Shown here: positions 42,997 through 53,560 of the stretch, one piece after another
How the letters are laid out: every line of letters starts with the position of its first letter
Position numbering within the stretch: the stretch's first letter is position 1
NCBI RefSeq assembly: GCF_023055435.1
Contig: NW_025963779.1
Coordinates: forward strand, 81,344,001-81,408,000
Reading direction: 5' to 3'
Source: Haliotis rufescens
Lineage: Eukaryota
Length of the DNA: 64,000 bases
The notes under the pieces: model-generated
Database searches by the model: none
What the model saw: the letters and a program-made list of their open reading frames with translations, nothing else
What the model was told of the DNA's origin: nothing
Made by a program: the position numbers and the translations under genes

Positions 42997-43535
42997 TTAG
43001 TAGTAGCCATATCCAATACCTGCAACAAAAAGAAGAGGTTTTTGTTTAAGAATATTTTCCGTACAAAGTCATTTCTACGTCTCGTAATAATTTCTATATT
43101 CAATATATCGATAGGTTAGTTATGCTGCATGTGTCCAATGAAGGTGCAAAATAAGTTTGGTGTAATTAGCTTACTTATAATCTGTCAAAGTATTAGGTAT
43201 ATGTGAGGGTCAATAATATTCTCGGCATGATTGTATTTGCATTTACCTTTTCCGAAACCTCCGATTCCTCCGTACAGTCCTCCTAGTCCGTGGCCTCCGT
43301 ATAGACCACCCATTCCGTAGCCTCCGTATAGACCACCCATTCCGTAGCCTCCGTACAGTCCTCCCAAACCGTAACCTCCGTACAGACCTCCCATTCCGAA
43401 GCCTCCGTACAGACCACCCATTCCGTAGCCTCCGTACAGACCACCCTTTCCGAAGCCTCCGTGCAGACCATAGCTCACAGGCTCAGCAAAGGCAGCGACA
43501 GCCAGACAGGCAACAAGGGCGATAACTTTCATCAT
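42997..43535 (-). CDS. Secreted Gly/Tyr-rich repeat protein, copy 12 (terminal copy, spliced, 103 aa)
   Basis: Same translation and splice sites (offset 42692); unique sequence begins at 44054. Confidence 0.92.
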
Positions 43536-44620
43536 TTTGGAAGGCTGAAAAGGAGTTTTTCATTCATTATTCAAGTCTGTAAGAAAATCCGTTTCTGTAC
43601 CAACTTGTGGTCGCTATTCTACACTTTTTTATTTTGTTGCTTAAAGTAGAACTTTATCTGATTTGAAAACTACAAACACATTTGGAGGATTCAATCAATA
43701 TTACAAATAGAAATCAGTAAAAGTTTGAAATAGCATTACAGCAACAACTACTGACTAACACTCATAAAACGGCAACGTAAAATACAGCGTTAACAGGGAC
43801 AGGCTGAATACCCCGTAAAACACAAAACAACTGATACTCACAGAGTGTGTTGATTAGACTGGATCTAAACGTGAAGAGAGGCGACAGCAGTGATAGCTGG
43901 TGCTTGAAAACAAGACGCTTATATACACCTGTATTCGGTCCAAACCCGGAACTGACTAATTACAAGTATATTATCTAATGCAGCACCAATTTGCAACACC
44001 TTTTAAGAATCATTGCTAACAGAATTCCGTTTCCCTATGCCCCCAGGGACTATAGAATGTAATTGGTTGCTTGTTCCTTGATTTCATTGATAGATTGAGG
44101 ACGCATGTTCAATAATGATTGTACAAGCTATGATTTGATTATATTGTGTTAGGTTTGGATAGTTATATAACTATGTCTACCCAGTGATAATGAAAGGCTA
44201 AATATGTTTCAGTATATACTCCTGAACTGCTTATCCAAAATTGTGATGTTTGTCTACACAGATAAATTGCAATGGGTTCCATTTGGTAAAGAACTGTGGT
44301 CGGTGTGTTGAGTATCCTGTGGCTGGACATAGAGCTTGGGTTTCGGGCTACCCATAGTTTGTTTACTCTTTGCATGTACATGACGTTCCACTGAAATATT
44401 TGTCACTGGTTGTGACCTGGCTGTCTGTGTGTCATCGTACCATCGCGACTAAGTTTATTGGCATTTACCCCTTCCGACAACAAAAATATATCAGAATAAA
44501 AATTATCAGAAAATGTAACTGGTCACGGTTTAGAATGTTAAAAATGGCTTACTGACCATATTTCAACGACTCCATGGTTTCATATCATGTACTCTTTTAA
44601 TTCAGTGTTCATGATGATGA

Positions 44621-44983
44621 GACCGCCTCCGTGGTCTTGTGGTAATGCGTCTGCCCGAAGAGCGGAAGGTCCGGGGTTCGATGCCCGGCCGCGTCATACC
44701 AAAAGACGTTAAAAGATGGTACTTGTTGTTACCCTGTCTGGCGCTCGGCAAAAGGACATAAAACAAGGACTGGTCGTCTCGGAGTCAGTGTACCGTGTCT
44801 TAGTGGGGTATTCATGTTAAACTGCGGCATGGTATCTCAGTGGGCTACCACTATAAATCGGCATTAGTCCGGACTAGTACAAGCAGCCACACACACACAC
44901 ACGTGCATGCACGTCGCTATTTTAGTATAACAATCTTGGACCCGACGTTAAACCCAATTTCACCTCACCTCACCTCACCTCAC
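44621..44983 (+). mobile_element. Full-length V-domain-like tRNA SINE, same family as the array copy
   Basis: GACCGCCTCCGTGGTC head, B box GGTTCGATGCC, (CACCT)n tail, TSD CATGATGATGA (44610-44620 / 44984-44994). Confidence 0.88.
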
Positions 44984-45392
44984 CATGATGATGAGTCTAT
45001 TACGAGCAACAAAGCACTGGTTCCAAAATTACACGTTCAATGTAGAGAATGGTATACTGAATAAAATACAAATATCCTCGTACATAAACAGGTTAACATA
45101 TTGATGTTAATAAAGATGTCATTGTTATTTCCACATGAAGTTAGTTCGTCACCAATGACAGTGAAAGCAAGAAGCTCCGTTATTGCCAAGTGGTGTTCAA
45201 CAATACAGGTGAGTGGAATTTTTCTGTCAACTAAGTTACGACAATATAGATACCGCCAAGGTAGAAAATACCTTACACGCCTACAGTAACTGGTACAGTA
45301 AGAAAGGTTTGGTAAATATCAGTGAAGGATATATATTTAGACTACTTCAAAGTCAAGCCAACACATTCATTTGCTTGCCCGTTTACTGAATA

Positions 45393-45512
45393 GCGGAGAT
45401 AGCCTAGTCGGTCAAGGTGCGACTATTCACTCTGCAGAGTAGCCTCCCTCAGGCGTTCCAGAATCTTGTGGTCATGGTTTCCAAACCCAGATTGGTCCTG
45501 ATTCTGAGTTTG
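45393..45512 (+). mobile_element. Diverged 5' part of the tRNA-Leu/Ser-like SINE family
   Basis: Colinear with the head of 47331-47608 (TAGCCTAGTCGGTCAAGGTGC...TGCAGAGTAGCCTCCCT...CCAGAA). Confidence 0.55.
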
Positions 45513-46023
45513 CTTCACAAAAGAGCCCAAAATCTCGGACCTGCACAACTTTGCGCTTTCATCCACGCTGTGTTTCATTGAAAGATAACTGAAATAGTAT
45601 TGATAATAATTGTTCATAGTAACTTTAAACAAAACTTACTCATTCGGGTTTACAGGGGAACATAGAAGGGACGCGGTTCCAGATCTGCATGTTTTCGGAT
45701 AATTTCCATAAACGGAAGCTTCTATAATACCACTTAGCGGCCGGTTTTCAATTGTCTAGTTTGCATAGAAAATTAGCGATTTGATAACATTAAATAATGA
45801 TCCAATTCGCAGCCATTATCAAAAAAGAAGGTTCGCTTATATAATAACAATTACCTCATATATTACATGCAAATTTATTAATATATTTACTGTGACTACA
45901 TTAAACGACAAAACCAAATGGTAGGAATTTGGCAATTTCACTAGACTAGTACGATATTAATCTCACAATGACATAACACTTATCATTGGATTGGCAAGAC
46001 GCGTATAGAAACAGTATAAAATA

Positions 46024-46029
46024 TTTATT
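46024..46029 (-). terminator. Probable polyadenylation signal (AATAAA) of the BTB gene
   Basis: Canonical hexamer ~160 nt downstream of the stop at 46189. Confidence 0.55.
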
Positions 46030-46188
46030 GCACTTGGTACAATTCAGTGATAAATATACAGAAATGTGACACTATGGAGACAAGTGCGTCAGGAATTGCA
46101 TAATCGTACGAAAAAGCTGAGGTGTAGTAGATGAACTGCGAACTATGAGCAGGTGGCAGCTGGCAGTGAACAGTGCGGCAGTGTTCTT

Positions 46189-49100
46189 TCACAAACAACT
46201 GTAGATGAGACCTGGAATCTGTCCGTGTTCCACGTCTGTACTGTTCTTGCTCTTTGAGGATGAATTAAACGTCCAGCAGACTTCGTCTTTGACGCATGTA
46301 GATCGTCCCCTGCACCCCCTTCTAGAATCAGGCCCGCAAACATTCAACACAATTGTATATTTCAAATCCTTGGTCAAATGCAATGGGGTCTCAAAAAGCA
46401 CGTCCATGAAGTGCTCTTGGGCGCTGACCAAAACTGTTTTCTCCACATAAGACCCCTCCAATACATTCCCGCCTTTGAAAAACGTATGGGACAGATAATC
46501 TTGTCGTAGATCCTCTTCAATACTGCATTCGACTGAATACGAAATAATGCGGTTTGCATCTGGGGTTGGGAAAGCTCCATATAGCATGACACCCAGCAGT
46601 TCCACTGGCGTGTCGCACGAGAATGATATGGCGTCACTCCGTTTCTCATTGAATGTCCACGAAAGAGATTCCTCTGTCTTCAAAAACCGGTTTACTCTGG
46701 TTGGAAGCTGTTTACGAGGTCGTGCCGACATAGATGATGCGGTACATTCATCAATGTCAATTCTAGTGTCAAAGAAAGGTCGTAGTAGACTAAGCCAGTC
46801 TTTATCTAATATTCCTATGCACAGTTCAAACGACTTCAGTCCAATCAGTGGAAATCGCACGTAGTTGATAGAATCTCCTAACACATCACATTTTGAATCA
46901 GGAGTTATCTCCCTTCCCTGTCTCACGCATTCAGCCTCCGACCACCAGAGGACAGCACAAAACACGCTCATTTCGTCTGCTCGCAAATCGTCTGATTCGA
47001 GTATTCTGTTGAGACATTGTCTTGACATTTCCTTAAAGCTTAAAGACTTGAAGACGTCCAGAGCGTTGACAGTGATGACTCGTAGTGCCGTGCCAGCAAG
47101 GTCTTCCTCATTGTAGAGATGCGCTTGTTCTAAGATGTCACACGCATTGTCGGCATTGAGGGCGGAGTCTAAGAAACTCACACATTTTTCACTAAGGGAC
47201 TTCACGGAGTACTTCTTCGCAGCATACAATAAACCGGTAACGCTGTCGGTGGTCAATTCCACGCTGTTGGTGTACAGGTACCTGAAAGGAGACAGGACAT
47301 TGTATTCATTGACCACGGATATGCTTAAAATTGAGTGAGTGAGTTGGGTTTAACGCCCCTTTAACAGTCTTCCAGTTATATCACGGCGTGTTAGCTTAAT
47401 GTGTGAGGAAAGCCCGAAGTGATGTAGGTCTCGGACGTTTACCACTTCGGTGAAACCCACGAGCACGGGTATGGTGCTGACAAACCTAGAAACATAATTG
47501 GGGCGAACCGGGATTCGAACCCACAATCATAGGTTTCTGGCGTGCCCAAGGGACGCAACTCTGCACAGCGAATCGCGGCGCCTTAGACAACTGGGCCACC
47601 CGTGCCCCCGGATATGCTTAAAAGTACCCCAATTTGTTATATATAACATTGAGAGGGTAAGTTTGTTTAACGCCGCTTTTAAAAGTATTTCAGTTATATC
47701 ACAGCGTGTTAGCTTCATTTAGGGAGGAAAGCTCGAAGCCATACGGACGTTTACTACATCAGGTATGGTGCTGACAAACCTAGAAACATGATCAGGACGA
47801 ACCGAGATTTGAACCTACAATCACAGATTCCTGGCGTTTCTTAGGGAGTTATATAAAAGTACGAGTAAAGTAGTGTGGTTTTACGACGATTTATTCAGTT
47901 TACATTCCAGTCATAAACGACAGAGATATAATAAATGAATTCACACGTTTTCCCCATGTTGAGAATCGAACCTGAGTTTTCGGCGTGACGACGAACACTT
48001 GACCACACGTCGCCGTCAATAGCTAACATACACTGCATTGGTAGTAAACTCAAAGATGTGCGTTTAAAATCTAATATTAGCAATTACGCGTCAACTCTCT
48101 AAAACAGCCTTGTTTCTCTTCAGAGGATACAGGGGATAATATCGGGTGAGTTCGGTTCAACGTCGCCTCGAACGGTTTTTTAGTTATCATTCCTTTTAGC
48201 ACATGTTGAGGACGAACATAAATAAATATTATTACAGATTCATAATCACGTCTACGTGTAAGCTACGAATCTCTGTTCGCATATATTAATCATCTATCAC
48301 ATTAGTATCAGTATAAGCCTTAATTATCTAAATATATTCTGAAATACCTATATTATTATCGGTCGTCAGAAAAAGGATCAGCTTCAAAAATGAGTGCCAC
48401 AGACTTCGGAACCAAACTCTAAACCCCAAAACATCCAAAGACATTGCCCACCACTGTCGTCTTCCTTGGTTACCCCCTTTAATGTTGACTGTCATGTTAC
48501 ACCTAAAGTACTCACGGAAATGAAAAAAAACTGTTTTTTCGACCTCAGATCTTAAATAAATGCAGTTAATATACAAAATATGTAAATATTCAAACAACTA
48601 AATTAGTACTAATTGGGCCGTGGCACAAATACAGCGTATCAAATGTTTTTATGCCTTTTTACACGTAAATGTGTGTAAAAATGTGAATATAACAGACTAT
48701 TGTGAAACAGGGCATAACCAGGTGTAAGTGGATCAAGGTGACCTATGACACCTTGACGACAGGTGAGAACAGGTGCATAATGCCTATAGTCTGTTTCTGC
48801 TATGTCAATTTGGACTTAGTTTTATTTTTTAATGTTGAAAGTGCCGACAAATTACCTCCTGTAAAGTACATTTTGTATTGTTCACTGAGATCAAACTAGC
48901 AAATCCAGACTAGTACTTTTCGAGTTGTTTTGTTATTTCGTATTTACAGCTACGTAACACTTTGTGTCGATTTTTAAATTGAGAAAAACAGGGGTTTTTT
49001 ATTTCCGTGAGTACTTTAGTTTTTCATTTGTCATATCCAGTCATTACCGTCACTCGATACCTCTTTGTATTTCTTACAATGAGTGAAGCCTATTCCTGGT

Positions 49101-49472
49101 GTCCCTCAATGTGATATTGCTGGAACATTGCGCTGAACGCGGTGTAAAACCGCACAAATTCATTCTTTGTATTTTTCGTTTAGGTTATTCACAAACAGCA
49201 TCATACCTTAAGAAACTGTGAAACACATCCGAGTCAATTTCTGGAATCTCAACTTCAGCTTTCTCCGCCAGGGGACCATAAAACATGGAAAAAAACACAG
49301 AACTCCTGCTGACCAGAATGTACTTGTGCGCCATTATTATCTCCCTTTTAAGACCAACGCGGAAACTGACGTCACAAGCAATCTTGTGTGTCAACATCGT
49401 CAAATTCGTCTCAGCAAAGTCAGTGGCAGACTGCCAGTCTTGAGGGTCACTCACTGTGTAGGTCTTCGCCAT
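46189..49472 (-). CDS. BTB/POZ-BACK-PHR protein of the BTBD1/2/3/6 family (~452 aa; coding exons 49472-49207 and 47281-46189)
   Basis: BTB motifs DWQ...CDVSFRVG...AHKYILVSRSSVFFSMFYG...EIPEIDSDVFHSFL|RYLYT; BACK region (ADEMSVFCAVLWWSEAEC, VRFPLI); PHR-like end (VNRF..W..DAISFSCD..LYG..GQIPGLIY). Phase-2 intron AG|GTATGA...CCTTTCAG|G; 5'UTR acceptor at 49485/49484. Confidence 0.9.
47331..47608 (-). mobile_element. tRNA-Leu/Ser-like-headed SINE in the BTB intron
   Basis: A box TGGCCCAGTTGTCTAAGGCG, B box GGTTCGAATCC, (ACTC)n tail, perfect 15-bp TSD CGGATATGCTTAAAA (47316-47330 / 47609-47623). Confidence 0.88.
47650..47848 (-). mobile_element. Older truncated copy of the same SINE family
   Basis: Colinear with ~47345-47550, with many substitutions and a deletion. 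Confidence 0.7.
47866..48015 (-). mobile_element. Decayed short tRNA-headed SINE of another family (its 3' half also at ~49076-49165, + strand)
   Basis: Minus strand GTGGTCAAGTGTTCGTCGTCACGCCGAAAACTCAGGTTCGATTCTCAACATGGG (A/B boxes), followed by a degenerate shared tail. Confidence 0.6.
48503..49019. mobile_element. Non-autonomous DNA transposon (MITE) in the BTB intron
   Basis: Perfect 19-bp terminal inverted repeat CTAAAGTACTCACGGAAAT (48503-48521 / 49001-49019), extending imperfectly inwards; no transposase ORF. Confidence 0.8.
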
Positions 49473-49884
49473 TGTCTGCTCAATCTGAAAACCAAACACA
49501 TAGATCTATTGAGTACATTACCAACTGGGTGTATAAGCCTGTATGCTGTAGAGCTGCAGAGCCATTCAGAACACCTGCGTCATGGTAATTCTCGACTTCC
49601 ATTAATAGGGTTTACATATTAATGTAACTCACGTACATTCTCATCACACACCTGAATGTCCTGAATGATTAACATATAAATGGTTGGCCATAATGTGCCT
49701 TTATCTGCAATATTGTCATAATCAATTCAACTTTGTTATTGTTTAATACGGGTCTTCGTTATTTATATAACCTACATTATATTGACCTCTGGATGATCGG
49801 GAGACACGGATAAATCTTCATCGGGAACCTAGACAAAACTGGAACTATATGTCACCTCATTTAGAACATAAGTCTTGGTAGTTT

Positions 49885-50155
49885 TCTTCTGTTTGGGTTT
49901 GTTTTGTTTTTTGGTTTAACGCCGCAATCAGCAATATTCCAGCAATGACACGGCGGTCTGTAAATAATCGAGTCTGGACCAGGTAATCCAGAGATTGACA
50001 TCCTGAGCATCAATCTACACAATTGGGATACGATGACATGCATGAACCAAGTCAGCGAGCCTGATCAGCCGATCCCTTTTGTCGCCTCTTACCACAGGCA
50101 TAGTCGCTTTTTACACAGCAAGCATGACCTATTCTACCCCGGATCTTCACGGGTC
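49885..50155 (-). mobile_element. Full-length copy of the non-tRNA-headed retroposon
   Basis: 5' end GACCCGTGAAGATCCGGGGTAGAATAGGTC; near-perfect 12-bp TSD TCTTGGT(A/T)GTTT (49873-49884 / 50156-50167). Confidence 0.8.
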
Positions 50156-50223
50156 TCTTGGTTGTTTGAACAGTAGTTAGTTTGATAATGTACTAACTGA
50201 AGTTAGTAACTATAATAGAGCTG

Positions 50224-50278
50224 TATGGTATCTCAGTGGACTTGCACTATAACATTGGCATTAGTCTGGACCAGTACA

Positions 50279-50337
<59 letters not shown>

Positions 50338-50352
50338 TGTAAGTGCTATAAT
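50224..50352 (+). mobile_element. Internal/3' fragment of the V-like SINE with (CA)28 expansion (50281-50336)
   Basis: ATGGTATCTCAGTGG..GCACTATAA..GGCATTAGTCTGGACCAGTACAAG matches the SINE body. Confidence 0.75.
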
Positions 50353-50705
50353 CTTATCTCTCCTAATTAAGAGTTCACACTGATGAAAATGAAAAACTCT
50401 TACATCTTACATCGTTAATAAAGATGATTGCACTAATAGTTTGTATTGTATCGATTATTAAACACATACATGACACTGTGCAGGCCTAGTGATCTGAAGC
50501 TACATTGACCAAAAGGCATATAAAATATTATCAAAAGATATCTGCCATGTATCCAAGGCAGATTTGTTAATGTCTGTCGCGATACCTGCACGTATTTCAC
50601 AGAAAACACGCTATAATATACATTTATTTCAAATCGGGAAATTTTGTCTAACGCTCATATTTGTCAATAAGAGAAATGGAGTGGTTTTAAGTTGGTGATT
50701 CTTTT

Positions 50706-50891
50706 ATCGAGTCTGGACCAGACAATCAAGTGATTGACATCATGAGCATCGATCCACGCAATTTGGATAAGATGACATGCATCAACCAAGTCAGCGAGAC
50801 TGACCACCTGATCCCGTTAGTCGCCTCTTACGACAAGCACAGTCACCTCATGTGATGCTGAAGACCTATTCTACCCTGCATCTTCACGGGC
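50706..50891 (-). mobile_element. 3'-incomplete copy of the non-tRNA-headed retroposon
   Basis: Minus strand GCCCGTGAAGATGCAGGGTAGAATAGGTCTTCAGCA...GCTTGTCGTAAGAGGCGACTAACGGGATC. Confidence 0.78.
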
Positions 50892-51554
50892 CTTATCGCC
50901 GCTGTGAAGGGTATTTCAGTTACACCTATTCATGTGTATTAGCACATCAACTTGATGTGATAATCCCACATACGGGCACACAATAAACGCTTCATCAGTT
51001 GTTTGTTGTGTATTCACCACGTTCTATAATAGCCAATATAATTAAGGGGTCTGCGAATCAATCCAAATGATATCACTCATTTTCACTGTGTATCAGTTAC
51101 GTACACGAGATAATTACACGTACTAACCTTTATAATTCTCCTGTCTACTAGTGATTCAATCCAACATCAATTTGTTCTTCGCTTGTCTTCATCTCTTATC
51201 GACAGCGGCGTAACTGTCAACAACTGTGCCTTACTGCATGTACAGTCTCTACTTCCTACTATAAAGGTCAAGGCTGATTGCATCAGCCAACCGGTATGTG
51301 TGGAACCGAAACCGGTTTGTTTATTCTCAGTTGTACGAAATATCAGTGAAGACTTGCGTTTGACGACGTGACTGCGGACATGTCCGGCTACTGTCAGTTA
51401 ACTTTAACGTCTAGTCTATTCTAGATAGTTACGTCACTGGGATTGGGATGTAGATGAGTGTGACTACATGTACATGGCATAGTGCACGGAGGTTGTAAGA
51501 TTGAGATTACAGATGTAGCATAGAGTGGGGTTTTCACAACAAGACAATTATAAT

Positions 51555-53232
51555 ATAACATAGAGCAGGCGTGTGATAGGCGTTTATTATACAACATAGA
51601 GCTGGTTATAAGGGTGTTTGTTATATAACATTGAGCTGCAGCTCAAATTTTGTAAATCCATATTAGGTGTCAACAAAACAACACATAACTGGGCAAGCCG
51701 AGCTGAACTAGGACTCTACCCCCTTATCTACACAGTATTAATCAAAATAGCAAATTTTTATCACCATGTCTGTTCTTCCAAAAACATAATACTTCAGAAC
51801 GCTTTTACAGAAAGTACATATTTGGTGAAAAAACGATTAGGATGGGTTTACCAGCTAAATATATTCTTAGGAAAACACAATTTGAGTATTTCAGCTTTGC
51901 TTTCACCAATATTCAAAGAGACAATCAAATCTAAATTCAACTCCCTCTTCAAGGAATCTCTTCAAGATGTAAATACAACAAGAGGCACAGGAAACAAACT
52001 TAGGACATATAGGCTAGTTAAAAATGAAATAAAATTAGAACCCTATCTCAGCAACTGTAAAGTAAAAAAATATCGAGTTCACTTTTCTAAACTAAGATTA
52101 AGTAACCATAAATTAAATATTGAACTTGGAAGACACACAAAGCCACCAACCCCACTACATCAGAGGCTATGCTCTACATGTTCAATCATTGATAACGAAA
52201 AACATTACTTACTTCATTGTATTAAACACACTCGAGAAAGAAATATACTATTTGAAAAACTATCCAGACAAAATGTAAATGTAAATGTCCATAGTCATGA
52301 AGACAAATTATTTCAATACATCCTGTCAAATAATGAAGCAGTCAATATCAACTGCATTTGTTTCCACATCTATAATTTCAAACAATAAATACCCCCTCAT
52401 AATCAACCGTCGACATTTTATGTATAAAATATGTAATATTGATTATTTTGTTTTGTATGTGTCTACAGAAATGTAGATTATGTTTGTCTGTATATATGTA
52501 TATATAAATCATAATGTCTTGTCTTTTAAAATTGCATCTGTCCCGTAATGGAACGTTTCTGCAATAAATATTATCTTATCTTATCTTATCTTGAGCTGTT
52601 ATAAGGGGTGTTTATTACACAACATTGAGTTGGTTATAAGGGGTGTTTATTACACAACATTGGGCTGGTTATAAGGGGTGTTTATTGCACCCCTTAGAGC
52701 TCGTTATAAGGGGTGTTTATTAAATAAAATCGAGCTGTTATAAGGGGTGTTTATTACACAACATTGGGCTGGTTATAAGGGGGTGTTTATTATATAACAT
52801 TGATCTGGTTATAAGGGGTGTTTATTACACAACATTGGGCTGGTTATAAGGGGTATTTATTGCACCTCTTAGAGCTGGTTATAGGGGGTGTTTATTATAC
52901 AACATAGAGCTGGTTTTAGGGTGTTTAGTATACAACATAGAGCTGGTTATAAGGGGTGTTTATTACACAACATTGAGTTGGTTATAATGGGTCTTTATTA
53001 TATAACATTGATCTGGTTATAAGGAGTGTTTATTATACAACATTGGGCTGGTTATAAGGGATGTTTATTATATAACATTGATCTGGTTATAAGGGGTGTT
53101 TATTACACAAAATTTGGCTGGTTATAAGGGGTGTTTATTATACAACATTGAGCTGGTTTGAAGAGTGTTTATTATACAACATAGAGCTGGTTGTAAGTGG
53201 TGTTTATAACACAACATAGAGCTGGTTATAAG
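51555..53232. repeat. 35-bp satellite (TTGAGCTGGTTATAAGGGGTGTTTATTATACAACA), ~2 units left and ~18 units right of the LINE insertion
   Basis: Period 35, e.g. 52625 to 52660. Confidence 0.92.
51639..52590 (+). mobile_element. 5'-truncated non-LTR retrotransposon (C-terminal ORF2, RTE-X-like)
   Basis: Open frame to 52388 with FCKSILGV...RAELGLYPL, NKLRTY...LEPYL, KLRLSNHKLNIELGRH and a CCHC knuckle (CSTC...EKHYLLHC); AATAAA plus (ATCTT)n tail; TTGAGCTG on both sides. Clade assignment is from recall. Confidence 0.85.
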
Positions 53233-53442
53233 GACCGCCTCCGTGGTCTAGTGGTAGAGCGTCCGCCCGGATAGCGGAAGGTCGGGGGTTCGATACCAAA
53301 GGCGTTAAAAGATGGTACTTGTTGTTACCCTGTCTGGCGCTTGGCAGTAAGGGACTGAAACAAGGACTGGTCGGCTCGGAGTCAGCATACTGTGTCTGAG
53401 TGGGGTATTCATGTCAATCTGCGGCATTGTATGACGAGTACA

Positions 53443-53508
<66 letters not shown>

Positions 53509-53560
53509 GCTATATAACGGCCATAACCTTGGACACGATGTTAACCCCATTTCGCCTCAT
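53233..53560 (+). mobile_element. V-like tRNA SINE with internal deletions and (CA)30 (53445-53504)
   Basis: Same head and body as 44621-44983. Confidence 0.85.

Larger units (their letters stand above)
1..44053. repeat. Tandem gene array, ~3.9-kb unit, 12 gene copies visible, continuing beyond the left edge
   Basis: The same ORFs recur at offsets 0, 3913, 7820, 11734, 15664, 19611, 23490, 27379, 31291, 35204, 38786 and 42692. Homology stops after ...CCCCAGGGACTAT at 44053, equivalent to 1361 in unit 1. Confidence 0.97.
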
